A DNA stretch of 64,000 bases. Origin: a virus. Taxonomy: Duplodnaviria; Heunggongvirae; Uroviricota; Caudoviricetes. The notes below the pieces were generated by a model, which did not search any database, was not told where the DNA came from, and saw only the letters and a program-made list of their open reading frames with translations. The stretch is taken from the IMG/VR virus record IMGVR_UViG_3300012346_000561, positions 14,358-78,357 of that record; one strand, written 5' to 3'. Both the position numbers and the translations under genes were made by a program. Below, piece by piece: positions 46,823-56,468 of the stretch (position 1 is its first letter; each line of letters starts with the position of its first letter).

Positions 46823-48691
46823 CTATTGATTATCTAAATCTTTAATATTATCTTCGTTAAGTAAATCTGACTCGCTTTCTTGTGCTTTTTCGAAAATTAA
46901 TTTCTTAGTTGAATGAAAGATATCTTTATTTCTTAAGAACACTGCTTGAGTATTGTTTAGTCCTTCTTTTACATTTTCTGCATCACTTGGATTGCCACCT
47001 TTCATTCCCTGTACTCCTAATCTGTCTCTTCCTCCTGCTGGATCAGCTTGTGTTCCTAGTATTGACATTTTTTCTCTTGGTCGGCCTTCTGGTTGTGCAT
47101 CTCTTTCATCATATCCTGTAGGAACTTCTCCTCTTGGTCTGTCTCCATATAAAGAAGCTAGATCGTGAGGTGTTCCATAAGATTGTCCTGATACAATTGG
47201 ATCGTTTCCTTCGTTCTCAATCTGAGATATTCTAAACTCTCTCTTAGCATCTTCTCTTACAAGCTCTCTCATTTCGTTGTAAGTATCTTCTGATAAGTTG
47301 AAGATGTTATCGTAAATATAATCTGAAGAGAACAGTTTTGTTTCTTGCATTTGACGAGCAAGATCAATCTTCTCTTTTAGTAGAGCTACTTTCTCTTGTT
47401 CAAAAATTATAGATGGATTTGTTAATTTAATCTCAAAGTTGGTTAAAGATTCACCTTTAAATCCTTGAGCATATAAGTGTACTAATCCAATTTTAGTTAA
47501 TTCACTTTCTATAATTCTTTGAATTCTTTCTACTGATCTAGCAAATCGAATATCTTCTGCTGCTAAAGTTGCTTTACCTGTTAGATCTTTTTCAAATCCA
47601 AAGTATGCTTTTGGCACTTTTAATGCAGCAAAAAGTTTATCTCTTAAGTACTCGATATCATTTGTACCATCGTACTCAAGTCCTTTTGTAGTCTCAATTC
47701 TTGTAGTTGCATCCCCTCCTCTTACTGGTATGTAGAAGTCTTCCATCATGTTTTGCATGTTGAAACGTAAATTGTACTGTCCTGTTTGAGGATCTACATA
47801 AGGAGTTTTCTTAATGTTGCTGATAGTCTTTTGCATGAACTGCTCAACTTCATTTGGTGGAATTTGTCCTACATTAACAAAGAACGTTCTCTTTTCAGGA
47901 GCTCTCATGATTCTGTGAATCAACATTGCATCCTCCATAAGAGTTAATTGTTTGTAAATTTTACGAGCTGGTTCAATATAAGATCGACCGTATGGTAGGT
48001 AATTTGTATCTGATATTAATCTGAAGTGAGCAACTTCGTAGTTGTCAAGTGTGATTACTTGTCTGTTTGAGTTTGGGATGTAGTTTGGATCTGCTGATGA
48101 TGCTAATCCGTCTGGGTCAATTACAAACTGTACTTTTGTTGGGTTGTCTTTGTCAACTCCTTCAAATCTTGACATGTGGTACACTGTATATGGTAACACA
48201 TTGTATACTCCAAACTCTTCTGATATTTCTAATTTTAAAAAGAAGTCACCATACTTACACATATTACGTGTCCAAGACCATAGGTTAAATTCTATATTAA
48301 GAATGTCGTAGTATAGGTTATATAAAACTCTTTGAATGTTTTCGTCTGATGATTTAATGGATAAAACCTCACCCATGTCATTCTTTAAACTTGCCTCATC
48401 TGCTAAAATGTCTAATGTTGATGCAATAAGTGGATCAGTGTCCATTGCTTCATAGTCTGAGTATAGTTGAACCCTTAGTGTTTGGTAGTTTAAGTTTGGA
48501 TTAAATATATTCTTGTTATTGTATATGTATAATCTCGAAAATCTATCAAGTAGTGCATTTGTTTGATACTTTCCTGTAGTTTGTATATTGTTAGTATCTG
48601 CAATCTTCAATTGATCTCCTCCTACATTCCTTACAAGTATGTCTGTAGAGAACAGTCTCTGTAAAGACGAGAATAGATTTGTTTCTGCCAT
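46823..48691 (-). CDS. Portal protein (gp20-like)
   Basis: YEAMDTDP.I...LDI.ADE, MEDAMLIHRIMRAPEKR.F, EDF.IP.RG, T.I.T, L..AL.VP. Confidence 0.95.
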   Translation of the reverse strand: MAETNLFSSLQRLFSTDILVRNVGGDQLKIADTNNIQTTGKYQTNALLDRFSRLYIYNNKNIFNPNLNYQTLRVQLYSDYEAMDTDPLIASTLDILADEASLKNDMGEVLSIKSSDENIQRVLYNLYYDILNIEFNLWSWTRNMCKYGDFFLKLEISEEFGVYNVLPYTVYHMSRFEGVDKDNPTKVQFVIDPDGLASSADPNYIPNSNRQVITLDNYEVAHFRLISDTNYLPYGRSYIEPARKIYKQLTLMEDAMLIHRIMRAPEKRTFFVNVGQIPPNEVEQFMQKTISNIKKTPYVDPQTGQYNLRFNMQNMMEDFYIPVRGGDATTRIETTKGLEYDGTNDIEYLRDKLFAALKVPKAYFGFEKDLTGKATLAAEDIRFARSVERIQRIIESELTKIGLVHLYAQGFKGESLTNFEIKLTNPSIIFEQEKVALLKEKIDLARQMQETKLFSSDYIYDNIFNLSEDTYNEMRELVREDAKREFRISQIENEGNDPIVSGQSYGTPHDLASLYGDRPRGEVPTGYDERDAQPEGRPREKMSILGTQADPAGGRDRLGVQGMKGGNPSDAENVKEGLNNTQAVFLRNKDIFHSTKKLIFEKAQESESDLLNEDNIKDLDNQ

Positions 48692-48709
48692 TTGTGAATT
48701 TGTTTATTT

Positions 48710-48716
48710 ATAAATA
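48710..48716 (-). promoter_or_regulatory. Putative late promoter TATTTAT (portal)
   Basis: 18 nt upstream of ATG. Confidence 0.55.
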
Positions 48717-48721
48717 GTGCT

Positions 48722-50299
48722 TTATCCTAATAGCCATCGAAGATCCTCTTCACCATTGGCTGTCTTCATAAGATACGGATTGTTTTGCATTGGTGCAACG
48801 TTGTAGACAGCATTATTAGTTCTTTGGTTGATATTTGTGAAAGATGATAGCTGTGCTCTTGCTAAATCCATCCCTTGCTGTCTCATTCTAACTGCAGTAT
48901 CTCTAACATATAGAGCTGTTGCTAATGCCATTACTAAGTCATCATTGTATCCTACCTGTGCTTGAGCTTTTCCATTTTTCCATACAAATACTCGTAGTTC
49001 TGATACAGATCTTTTTGATTGTATGATTACTGATTTCTCTCTGACGTATTCTGTAAGTTTGGCAATTACTAGAGGTCTCGACTTCATTGACATTGTAAAT
49101 CCAGGTACTAATTTGTCTCTTTCGAATTTAGCCATATAAGATTCAACTGTTTCAGTCTCTGATCTCGATGAGTAGTATAGATTTTTATATTCTCTTTCCA
49201 ATACTTGTTCAATAGTTGCCCATCCTATGTTTGCATTCTCTATTACCAGTAGTGCATCATTGTATTCTGAGGCTATTCCTACTAATACGTTTCCAAATTC
49301 TTTTGGTGATATTTTTCCTTTGTACTCTCCTACCTGTACACAATTCTCTATATCAAATATGTGAAAGGTTGAGTAGTCAGTAGAGTCCCCTCTAGAAACG
49401 TCGGCTACTACCATATACGATTTTTGGTAGTCAGGTGATTCCCATATCCACAAATTACCATCCACTCCTCTTCTTTCTGTTGGATCTTTTACATAAGTTT
49501 CTTCATAGAACGAAAGTATCTCTGGTTCTACAACAGAGTCTCCTGATGATAGGAAGTCACAATCACATTCCTGTGCTGCCATTCTAGGTCCTAAATCCGC
49601 ATCTTGTCTGTCTCTCCAAGATTGATCTCTTTCAGGGTGAACTGTCCATGGTAGTTTTACTGGTACAAATGAATTCTCTCCTCCTTCTGCTTTTTCCCAT
49701 GTTTTGTGAAACCAGTTACCAATACCGTTTGGAGTTGAAAGTGCCATACATTGACCCCCTGTTGCAAGAGTCTGTTGTGCTGCAGTAAACGTTTCTTCAA
49801 TGTTATCGATGAAAGCTGCCTCATCAATTAACAAAAGTGATACCGCTTCAGAACGAGCTGCATCAGAGTTTGACGATTTAGCAGTTATTTTAGAACCATT
49901 TTTAAGTCTAAGTGATAACTTATTCTTTTCCGTAAAAGGTAATTGTAACCACTTTGGTAAATTCTCATACATGAAAATTGTTTTGGTTACAAGGTTTCTA
50001 GCTGTTGCTTGGGTTGTTGCTAGTGCTAGTACGTTTTTATCTTTATGGAATAACATCAGCCATAGCGAGTATCCTGATGCTAGTGTTGAAATACCAAGTT
50101 GTCTTGATTTTAATGTGACAATGTTTTGACTGTCTCTGAAAAGTTGTAGAACTCCTTCCTGGAATGGGTATAGGTTGAATAGGATCCTACCTCGAGTTGG
50201 ATGTTGTATGTGACAATACTTCTTCATGAAGTAGGCCGGATCCTTAGAACATTTTAAATACTCTTGAGCTACTATCTGTTTTATATCTTGTTGACTCAT
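48722..50299 (-). CDS. terL: Terminase large subunit (gp17-like)
   Basis: LKSRQLGIST (Walker A), LLLIDEAAFI (Walker B), STPNG, ADVSRG...DYS, NDDLVMA. Confidence 0.95.
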   Translation of the reverse strand: MSQQDIKQIVAQEYLKCSKDPAYFMKKYCHIQHPTRGRILFNLYPFQEGVLQLFRDSQNIVTLKSRQLGISTLASGYSLWLMLFHKDKNVLALATTQATARNLVTKTIFMYENLPKWLQLPFTEKNKLSLRLKNGSKITAKSSNSDAARSEAVSLLLIDEAAFIDNIEETFTAAQQTLATGGQCMALSTPNGIGNWFHKTWEKAEGGENSFVPVKLPWTVHPERDQSWRDRQDADLGPRMAAQECDCDFLSSGDSVVEPEILSFYEETYVKDPTERRGVDGNLWIWESPDYQKSYMVVADVSRGDSTDYSTFHIFDIENCVQVGEYKGKISPKEFGNVLVGIASEYNDALLVIENANIGWATIEQVLEREYKNLYYSSRSETETVESYMAKFERDKLVPGFTMSMKSRPLVIAKLTEYVREKSVIIQSKRSVSELRVFVWKNGKAQAQVGYNDDLVMALATALYVRDTAVRMRQQGMDLARAQLSSFTNINQRTNNAVYNVAPMQNNPYLMKTANGEEDLRWLLG

Positions 50300-50317
50300 A
50301 TTATATACTTATATATA

Positions 50318-50324
50318 ATAAATA
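50318..50324 (-). promoter_or_regulatory. Putative late promoter TATTTAT (terminase)
   Basis: 18 nt upstream of ATG, after terminator. Confidence 0.55.
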
Positions 50325-50332
50325 GTGGAAAT

Positions 50333-50359
50333 AAAAAAACCCACCTTTAAGGGGTGGGC
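50333..50359 (-). terminator. Intrinsic terminator
   Basis: GCCCACC-CCUUAAA-GGUGGGU then U-run. Confidence 0.85.
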
Positions 50360-50377
50360 TTGTCTATTATTTGAGAA

Positions 50378-51358
50378 TTACTTCTCTTCTTTTTTGTCTT
50401 CTTTTTTAGCAAATTTTTTCTCATACTCTTTTTCAAGTTTTTCAGCTTGCTTTCTTAAAGTCATGATATCTTTTTTCATTTGCTTTACTTTTTTAGCATC
50501 TACGAAATCTGCTCCTTCACCTTCTTCTAAAGATCCTACTTTAGCTTCTAAGACCTCAGCAATTTCTTTCATTCTTTTCATTTTATAAGAATGTGCTGCT
50601 TCGTTAGTACCTGCTTCAATCTCTTGCATTAATTTTTCGATGTTCTCATATTTTGGAAGAGGTTGTTCATCTACCATTTCATCTCCTTCAGGTAAGCCGT
50701 TTTTCATCATATCGATAGCCATGTCTGTAGAATCATTAGGTACATTTGGGTCTGCATTTTGATGTGCTTCTTTAGTTACTCCTAAAGCATCTTGAACCAT
50801 CTCTACTAAACGTCTTTCTTTAGCAGTTAGAGTAGCTTCCATTACTGGTTTCTTTTTACCTTCATAAAGTGATTGAGCAGCCATGTCTCCTAACTCTCCT
50901 GATTGGTATAATTCGTCTGTTAATTGCTCCAACTCTTCCTCACTTAAAGGAGTTCCATCTTCAAATTCTGCAGATACAATATATGCATCTACAAAGTCAG
51001 GATAATCGTCTGGGTCGATTCCATCTATCTGAATAGATTTATAATTTACCCCTTCTAATCCTGGTTGTGGTTCTGCTTGTGGTTTAGCAGCTGGTACTTG
51101 GTAAGGTTGTACTGATTTTATTGACTGTACAAAGTCTGGGTTGTCTGCAAAGATATCTGCAAAAGCCTCTTCTGCTTGTTCTGGTGTTTCTGCATTTAGT
51201 ATTCTAGAGTCTCCTCCTCCGTATTTGTTTACGAAGCTTACTTGGAAAGCTTTTTGATTCTCATCAAATCCGTCTACTCTTGCTTCTTTAACAAGCTTTG
51301 CGTTTTTTGTAAGTTTATTCTCTGTTAAGAATGATCTTAAATTAAAATTATCTGCCAT
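50378..51358 (-). CDS. Modular putative head protein
   Basis: MADNFNLRSFLTE; modules separated by LVKE, LYE, VME; DYPDFVDAYI module; coiled-coil C-terminus. Confidence 0.7.
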   Translation of the reverse strand: MADNFNLRSFLTENKLTKNAKLVKEARVDGFDENQKAFQVSFVNKYGGGDSRILNAETPEQAEEAFADIFADNPDFVQSIKSVQPYQVPAAKPQAEPQPGLEGVNYKSIQIDGIDPDDYPDFVDAYIVSAEFEDGTPLSEEELEQLTDELYQSGELGDMAAQSLYEGKKKPVMEATLTAKERRLVEMVQDALGVTKEAHQNADPNVPNDSTDMAIDMMKNGLPEGDEMVDEQPLPKYENIEKLMQEIEAGTNEAAHSYKMKRMKEIAEVLEAKVGSLEEGEGADFVDAKKVKQMKKDIMTLRKQAEKLEKEYEKKFAKKEDKKEEK

Positions 51359-51385
51359 TGTAGTTTATTTTTGTTTATAAATAGT

Positions 51386-52459
51386 TTATTTTTCCGTTGT
51401 CACTTTTGTAAATGATAATCTAGGTACCAAATCTGAGAATGCTGTTACAAATACATCTGTACCTACTGCAGCTGCTATATCGTCTTCTGTGTAGAATATT
51501 TTATAGTCTCTGTCTTCATTAAAAAAGAATATTGGTTCATTGATAGTCTTTATGTAATCTTTAGCAAGTTCCTTTGCTATCTGCGATCTAACGGCAGTTA
51601 CTGATGTCGTGTCTGCATCACCTATCTTAATTGCACCTTTATAGAACTTGTCTAATACTTTCTGAATTTGTGATTTATCTTGAGTGTGTCTAATCAACTT
51701 GTCAGTCCAAACTCCTCCTCCTTGTTTAAAACTTGCCACTTCATCTTCAGGGACATCCAACACTCTAGCCATATCCGTCAATATCTTATCAGCTGTGTAG
51801 CCTCTTGATATATGTTTTGCTACTGCAAGGATTGCATCTTTTCCTTTAAACTCAATAACCTTACTACCTGCTTGCACATCTCCTTTTTTTGGACTACTTG
51901 TGTCGTGTAAAAATGCTATTACTGCAATCTCTCCTTTACCTACAGATTTTTGTCCTGCTCCTACTGTCAATCCTATTATTGCATTTATGTAGGTAGCATC
52001 TATACCAGTTAGTTGTTGCAGCTTTGTTGATAGATTACCTTCTGATCCTAAGCTGTCAAATGTGTTGGCAGGATTGTTGATTGAGTCAAGTACTTTATCT
52101 TCAAAGTGATACTTATCTGCGTAGCTTGCCACAATTAGTGCTTGTTGATGGTTTAATTTCTTAGTTTGCTCTAAAGCAGTTAAAAGTGACTTAGTATATC
52201 CATTTCCTGTCTTACTTACAATCTTATACAGGTTGTTTATCTGATCTTGTGTTAGCTCTGTCTTTCTGGCATCAATAAGATCTTGTAAATTTTGAAAAGA
52301 TATATTGTTTTGTTGAGGTTGGTCCTCTTCGTTCAGTCTGATACCAAATTCGGAATAAATCTCTTTCAATATTTTCATATCGTCAGGATTATTCACGTCT
52401 GGGTATCCTTTCTTACAGCGGAAGGCCCATTCTGTAACTATCTTATCTACTACGTTCAT
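51386..52459 (-). CDS. Putative head protein with PD-(D/E)XK nuclease-like C-terminal domain
   Basis: N-terminal KIVTEWAFRCKKGYP; C-terminal GKGE...GDVQAGSKVIEFK. Confidence 0.55.
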   Translation of the reverse strand: MNVVDKIVTEWAFRCKKGYPDVNNPDDMKILKEIYSEFGIRLNEEDQPQQNNISFQNLQDLIDARKTELTQDQINNLYKIVSKTGNGYTKSLLTALEQTKKLNHQQALIVASYADKYHFEDKVLDSINNPANTFDSLGSEGNLSTKLQQLTGIDATYINAIIGLTVGAGQKSVGKGEIAVIAFLHDTSSPKKGDVQAGSKVIEFKGKDAILAVAKHISRGYTADKILTDMARVLDVPEDEVASFKQGGGVWTDKLIRHTQDKSQIQKVLDKFYKGAIKIGDADTTSVTAVRSQIAKELAKDYIKTINEPIFFFNEDRDYKIFYTEDDIAAAVGTDVFVTAFSDLVPRLSFTKVTTEK

Positions 52460-53421
52460 TATAGTGATGTTGGTGTTTCATCTTCTGCTCCTCCTGCTTC
52501 TGCTCCTGGTTCTTCTGCTCCAAAATCTGCTGGTGCTTCTTCTGCTCCTCCTGCTGCAGGTGCTGCTGCATCTACTGGTGGTTCAGCTGCAAAAGCATCT
52601 CCTCCTGGCTCTTCACCTTGTGAGATTGGTCCGTCTTTAAGTATTCTGTTAATACTATCAAGAGCTTGTTGGTAATCTGATGTGTTGTTTAGGAAATATC
52701 TTTTGCCTTCAATGTTTGCTTCGAATCCTTTTCCTGTCCATCTTAAGTCAAATGTCTGTCCATTTTTAAGAGCAACCATAAAAGTAGATGGTTTTGGAAC
52801 TGTCCATTTTACATCTTCTACGAACTCATCAAATTCGTGTGTGAATAAAGATACTAAAGTTTTCTTTACTGTTGGAAATTTTCCTAAGATTTCTTGCGTT
52901 GATGTTTTTAGTACAGGTGCTTCTACTTCTGTAAGAGCTTGTACATATGCTTCTATTATTATGTTCCTTAATTGTGCTTTATTCATCTTATTCTCTTTTA
53001 CAGGTGCTACAAAGTGTCCTTTATATTTCTTTTTTAAATATTCTTCGAATCTTACATTTATATCAAACGAATTATCTAAAGGAGTTTCATCTGGTATTCT
53101 CGATATCGTGTCTGATAGTTCTTGGAAGAATCCTGCTTCAACAGTATCATCTACTATCGCTGCTGTTTGATCATCTATATCTAATTTATCTAGCCAAGTA
53201 TTTGTCTTTTGTGTGTCTGGTTTACTTCCTATTGCTTTGAAAATGTCCCATGTTTTTTTCGCAGCTCCTATTCCCGGTATTACAGCTCCTAGTAAGTCGA
53301 CAGCTATGTCTACTCCTTGGTCCTGCAGTGTTCCTTTAACATTATTAAACAAATTCTTTTTTGTGAGTTTGTTTATTATGTTTTTTATATCACCATATGT
53401 CTTTAGCTCTACTTTAGCCAT
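52459..53421 (-). CDS. Two-module putative head protein (apparent fusion)
   Basis: Internal [18 protein letters not shown] resembles free N-termini of neighbouring genes. Confidence 0.7.
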   Translation of the reverse strand: MAKVELKTYGDIKNIINKLTKKNLFNNVKGTLQDQGVDIAVDLLGAVIPGIGAAKKTWDIFKAIGSKPDTQKTNTWLDKLDIDDQTAAIVDDTVEAGFFQELSDTISRIPDETPLDNSFDINVRFEEYLKKKYKGHFVAPVKENKMNKAQLRNIIIEAYVQALTEVEAPVLKTSTQEILGKFPTVKKTLVSLFTHEFDEFVEDVKWTVPKPSTFMVALKNGQTFDLRWTGKGFEANIEGKRYFLNNTSDYQQALDSINRILKDGPISQGEEPGGDAFAAEPPVDAAAPAAGGAEEAPADFGAEEPGAEAGGAEDETPTSL

Positions 53422-54683
53422 TATTTGTATCCTAAATTAACAAAAGATTTTCTAATTGCAGCCTCTAACGATCCTCTTCCAATTTTTCCTGGAGGTACTC
53501 CTGTTGATTTTATCCACTCCTCGAATGCTGCTTGAAACTCTGTTATATTGTTTATGTTCTTTAGTTTAGATTGTACTGAGGTTGCTGATTGTTGTGCTTT
53601 TTGCAAGGCTGCTACATCTGCTGGTGCTGCTGCTTCATCTACTTTGTCGTATTTACAGTTTTGTTTACCTGTGAAGTATGGAGTAGGGTGTGGTGTTCCT
53701 TTTACATGAACATGTCCACATTTGTGACAGCAAGTACCTTTCTTTTCGTTCAACGCCATAGTTGCCACTACTGTATTGTCCATCTGTTGTACTTTCTCTT
53801 CACCATCTAAGTATCCGTAAGCTGCTTGAAGGTAATCGTATGCTTTTATAATTTTTGCTTGCCACCAGTGTGGAAAATCTACCTCCTGTTCGTTATCGTA
53901 GTTGTCAAGTTGCTTGTATAACATAGAAGCCATCTTAGCAATTCGATAAACATCTTTCTTAAGCATTGCAGGTTCATCATCCTGATGTCCTACATCTAGA
54001 TCTTCGTTTTTAAATTTAACTCCTCTTCCTTTTAGTACATCCGCTCTAGTTATTTCACCATCTCCTGTTAGGTCTTCTAACTTCTTTTCATTCAACTCTC
54101 TTGCAAGCTGTGAAGGATCTGTTGGTGTTTGCATTGCTGCCATATCATCATACTCTTCATCTGAAGGTTGCGATACATATTTTACCATCGCATCTGATAA
54201 TTTATCCTCTAATGCTGGCGTTGGAAGTGATACTTCATTTCCTTGAGTGATTATGAAATCTGATAATTGAATATCCTCATTTCCTAAATCTAGGTGGATT
54301 GCTTTGGTGTCTGGGTTTAGTGTAAATCTGAACGTGTCTTGACCTTTGTCTTGTCCATACTCAACGTGGATGTTGAATTTGTTTACTCCTAATCCTGTTA
54401 GTTTAATACTTTTTAGCTCATCTCCTTGAGCTCTTAGAACTTTAATTAATGATTTAGCTACTTCTTTTCCCACAGCTGCAGATTCTTGAGTAGTGTAAGT
54501 TCCTCCTACTTGCTCTTTAATCTTCTTACCATCTCCAGTACTTATTGACTTAATATCTTGATTGTCTTTTATGTCTTTTAGATCTTGATCAGATTTGTAG
54601 TCAATTGTTTTCTTTTCACCTTTTGATGTTTGTATAAAGGCTGTTTTTTCTCCTGCTTCAAGTAGTTGCATTAATTTTTTCAT
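53421..54683 (-). CDS. Multi-module putative head protein
   Basis: MKKLMQLLE; [12 protein letters not shown] loop; DDEPAML...WWQAKI..A.DYL module; CCHKCGHVH metal-binding motif. Confidence 0.7.
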   Translation of the reverse strand: MKKLMQLLEAGEKTAFIQTSKGEKKTIDYKSDQDLKDIKDNQDIKSISTGDGKKIKEQVGGTYTTQESAAVGKEVAKSLIKVLRAQGDELKSIKLTGLGVNKFNIHVEYGQDKGQDTFRFTLNPDTKAIHLDLGNEDIQLSDFIITQGNEVSLPTPALEDKLSDAMVKYVSQPSDEEYDDMAAMQTPTDPSQLARELNEKKLEDLTGDGEITRADVLKGRGVKFKNEDLDVGHQDDEPAMLKKDVYRIAKMASMLYKQLDNYDNEQEVDFPHWWQAKIIKAYDYLQAAYGYLDGEEKVQQMDNTVVATMALNEKKGTCCHKCGHVHVKGTPHPTPYFTGKQNCKYDKVDEAAAPADVAALQKAQQSATSVQSKLKNINNITEFQAAFEEWIKSTGVPPGKIGRGSLEAAIRKSFVNLGYK

Positions 54684-54759
54684 ATTGTAATATCTAAAGA
54701 TAGTTATTTTTAATCATATATACAAATAAATAGTAATTTTTTATGTAAGTATATAAATA

Positions 54760-55152
54760 CTATTCTATTGAAGAAAGTTTATCGTAATATTTAGGATCTT
54801 CATACACATGGTCAAAAGCTATTTCCATAGCAATATCCAAATCTGTTGTGTGTTCTGATTCTACCTTTACTCCTTTTATTATTTGCTTTATGATTTGATC
54901 TAAAGGAAGTTTGTGCATTGCAGCTAAATCTCCTATAGTGGCATGTTGTGCTAGACCTCCTGGTATGTTGTTGGGAGCAGGTGTCGAAGCATCCAGACTT
55001 TCTTCTGTAATTTTTATACAGATGTCTTTCCCGTCTTTTGTACCTCCATACCTGTACCCTTTCCAACAAGCCTTACCATCTGATCCTTTTGCTTTTTCGC
55101 TAAGAACTTCTTTTAGTACTTGCTGTAGGTATGTGTTATTTACCTTGCCCAC
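54760..55152 (-). CDS. Putative head protein with CWKGY module and KGVKVESEH module (DUF5661-like)
   Basis: VLKEVLSE; CWKGYRYGGTKDGKDIC; KGVKVESEHT.D...A.EIA.DH..EDP.YY.KL; GTG start overlaps the upstream small ORF. Confidence 0.65.
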   Translation of the reverse strand: MGKVNNTYLQQVLKEVLSEKAKGSDGKACWKGYRYGGTKDGKDICIKITEESLDASTPAPNNIPGGLAQHATIGDLAAMHKLPLDQIIKQIIKGVKVESEHTTDLDIAMEIAFDHVYEDPKYYDKLSSIE

Positions 55153-55279
55153 GGTAAAGTTTTTTATAGTTTTTAGAACTCTTTAACGAAGATGTTTTAG
55201 ATTTAGCGTGAACACCTGGTCTTGATACTTTCGGTTTATCTACTTTTGTAACTGTAGAAGCTGCTTTTACTTTTGCCAT
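55136..55279 (-). CDS. Small very basic protein (47 aa), below ORF-track cutoff
   Basis: MAKVKAASTVTKVDKPKVSRPGVHAKSKTSSLKSSKNYKKLYRGQGK; ATG 20 nt after TATTTAT motif. Confidence 0.75.
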   Translation of the reverse strand: MAKVKAASTVTKVDKPKVSRPGVHAKSKTSSLKSSKNYKKLYRGQGK

Positions 55280-55308
55280 GAGAATTTATCTTTTTACAAT
55301 AAATATCT

Positions 55309-55887
55309 CTAATCTTCTAAATGCTTTTTAACGTGTTGTAGAAATTCTTTAAGATCTTGTGTTAGTTTTGTATCTGTATGATGTTTGTTACTGTTCCAGT
55401 TTTCAATATCTCCTTGCTCTGTTACAAATGTGTCAACGTCGCTTATGCTATCTAATACAAATTGCTCTACATCTCTCATGAAAGCTCTTAAGCTGCCTTG
55501 TATCATTGCCTTTTCGTATGCATCATAAAGTCCTGCTCTTTTCAACTGTGCTTCGTAATCTATGACACAATTAAAACACATCTTATGAATCTTATACATT
55601 TTCTGGCTGAGGTGGTAATTCATTGGACCTCCACACTTTGGACATGCTAGTGGTATCTGCATTGCTTTTTTAGCAGCATCTAGCTTTGTTATATTCTGTC
55701 TGATTCCATTTTTGATTGTCCAGGTTCTTCCGTTCTCTTCCCACACATCACCCTCTTTGTACGCAACTTGTGCTTTGGAGTATCCTATTCCATCTACTGT
55801 CTTTGCTGAGTAATCCTTTGATATTAAATTTCTAGCTCTGTTTACGTCTCTTGATTTGAATTCTTTTTTAAGTAAGCTTTCGCCCAT
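55309..55887 (-). CDS. Zinc-finger protein of unknown function
   Basis: YKEGDVWEENG..W..KNG; CPKC...CFNC. Confidence 0.75.
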   Translation of the reverse strand: MGESLLKKEFKSRDVNRARNLISKDYSAKTVDGIGYSKAQVAYKEGDVWEENGRTWTIKNGIRQNITKLDAAKKAMQIPLACPKCGGPMNYHLSQKMYKIHKMCFNCVIDYEAQLKRAGLYDAYEKAMIQGSLRAFMRDVEQFVLDSISDVDTFVTEQGDIENWNSNKHHTDTKLTQDLKEFLQHVKKHLED

Positions 55888-56455
55888 AACCGAGTTGTTT
55901 TAATTTATTAATAACCGATTGGATTTCTCCATCTTTTACCTCTAATGCTATCCCTCCTTTACTAGCAAATGCTGATAGGTTGGAAGGTTTGTCATCTATT
56001 AATATAGCTTTTTCATTTGCAAAATCCGACTTAGCATCTCCAAATCTAAATTCTACAGGAGGAGCTGGTACTAAGTGGTCTTTTACCCACAGTCTTTTTC
56101 CAAGTCTCGAAGTATTCTGTCTCGATGGTGAAGTTAATATTGTAGGATTGTATGGTTGTATAAAATTCCACAACTGTCTACCATTTGGCATCCATTCCAT
56201 TCCTGACCAGAATTCTACTCCTAAGTGGTTGTCTATAAAGTTCCAAAACTCAGTTTCTCCTTCTAGTGCACTAAAGTGCTTAGGTCTCGTAACTTTTGCA
56301 ATTACTTCTTTTGAGTAATATTTTGGACCTTCTTGTTTTAGCATGTCAACAAATCTTTTTTCAAAATTCGTTAACACTCCATCCATATCACAGTATATCT
56401 TATACGGTGGATTGAAGTCTTCTTCTGTCAATAATAAATCTACTAAATTTCCCAT
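55868..56455 (-). CDS. HAD-family 5'(3')-deoxyribonucleotidase-like phosphatase
   Basis: Motif I CDMDGVL, motif II ILTS, conserved K, motif IV ILIDD. Confidence 0.85.
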   Translation of the reverse strand: MGNLVDLLLTEEDFNPPYKIYCDMDGVLTNFEKRFVDMLKQEGPKYYSKEVIAKVTRPKHFSALEGETEFWNFIDNHLGVEFWSGMEWMPNGRQLWNFIQPYNPTILTSPSRQNTSRLGKRLWVKDHLVPAPPVEFRFGDAKSDFANEKAILIDDKPSNLSAFASKGGIALEVKDGEIQSVINKLKQLGYGRKLT

Positions 56456-56468
56456 AACCTTTTTACTT

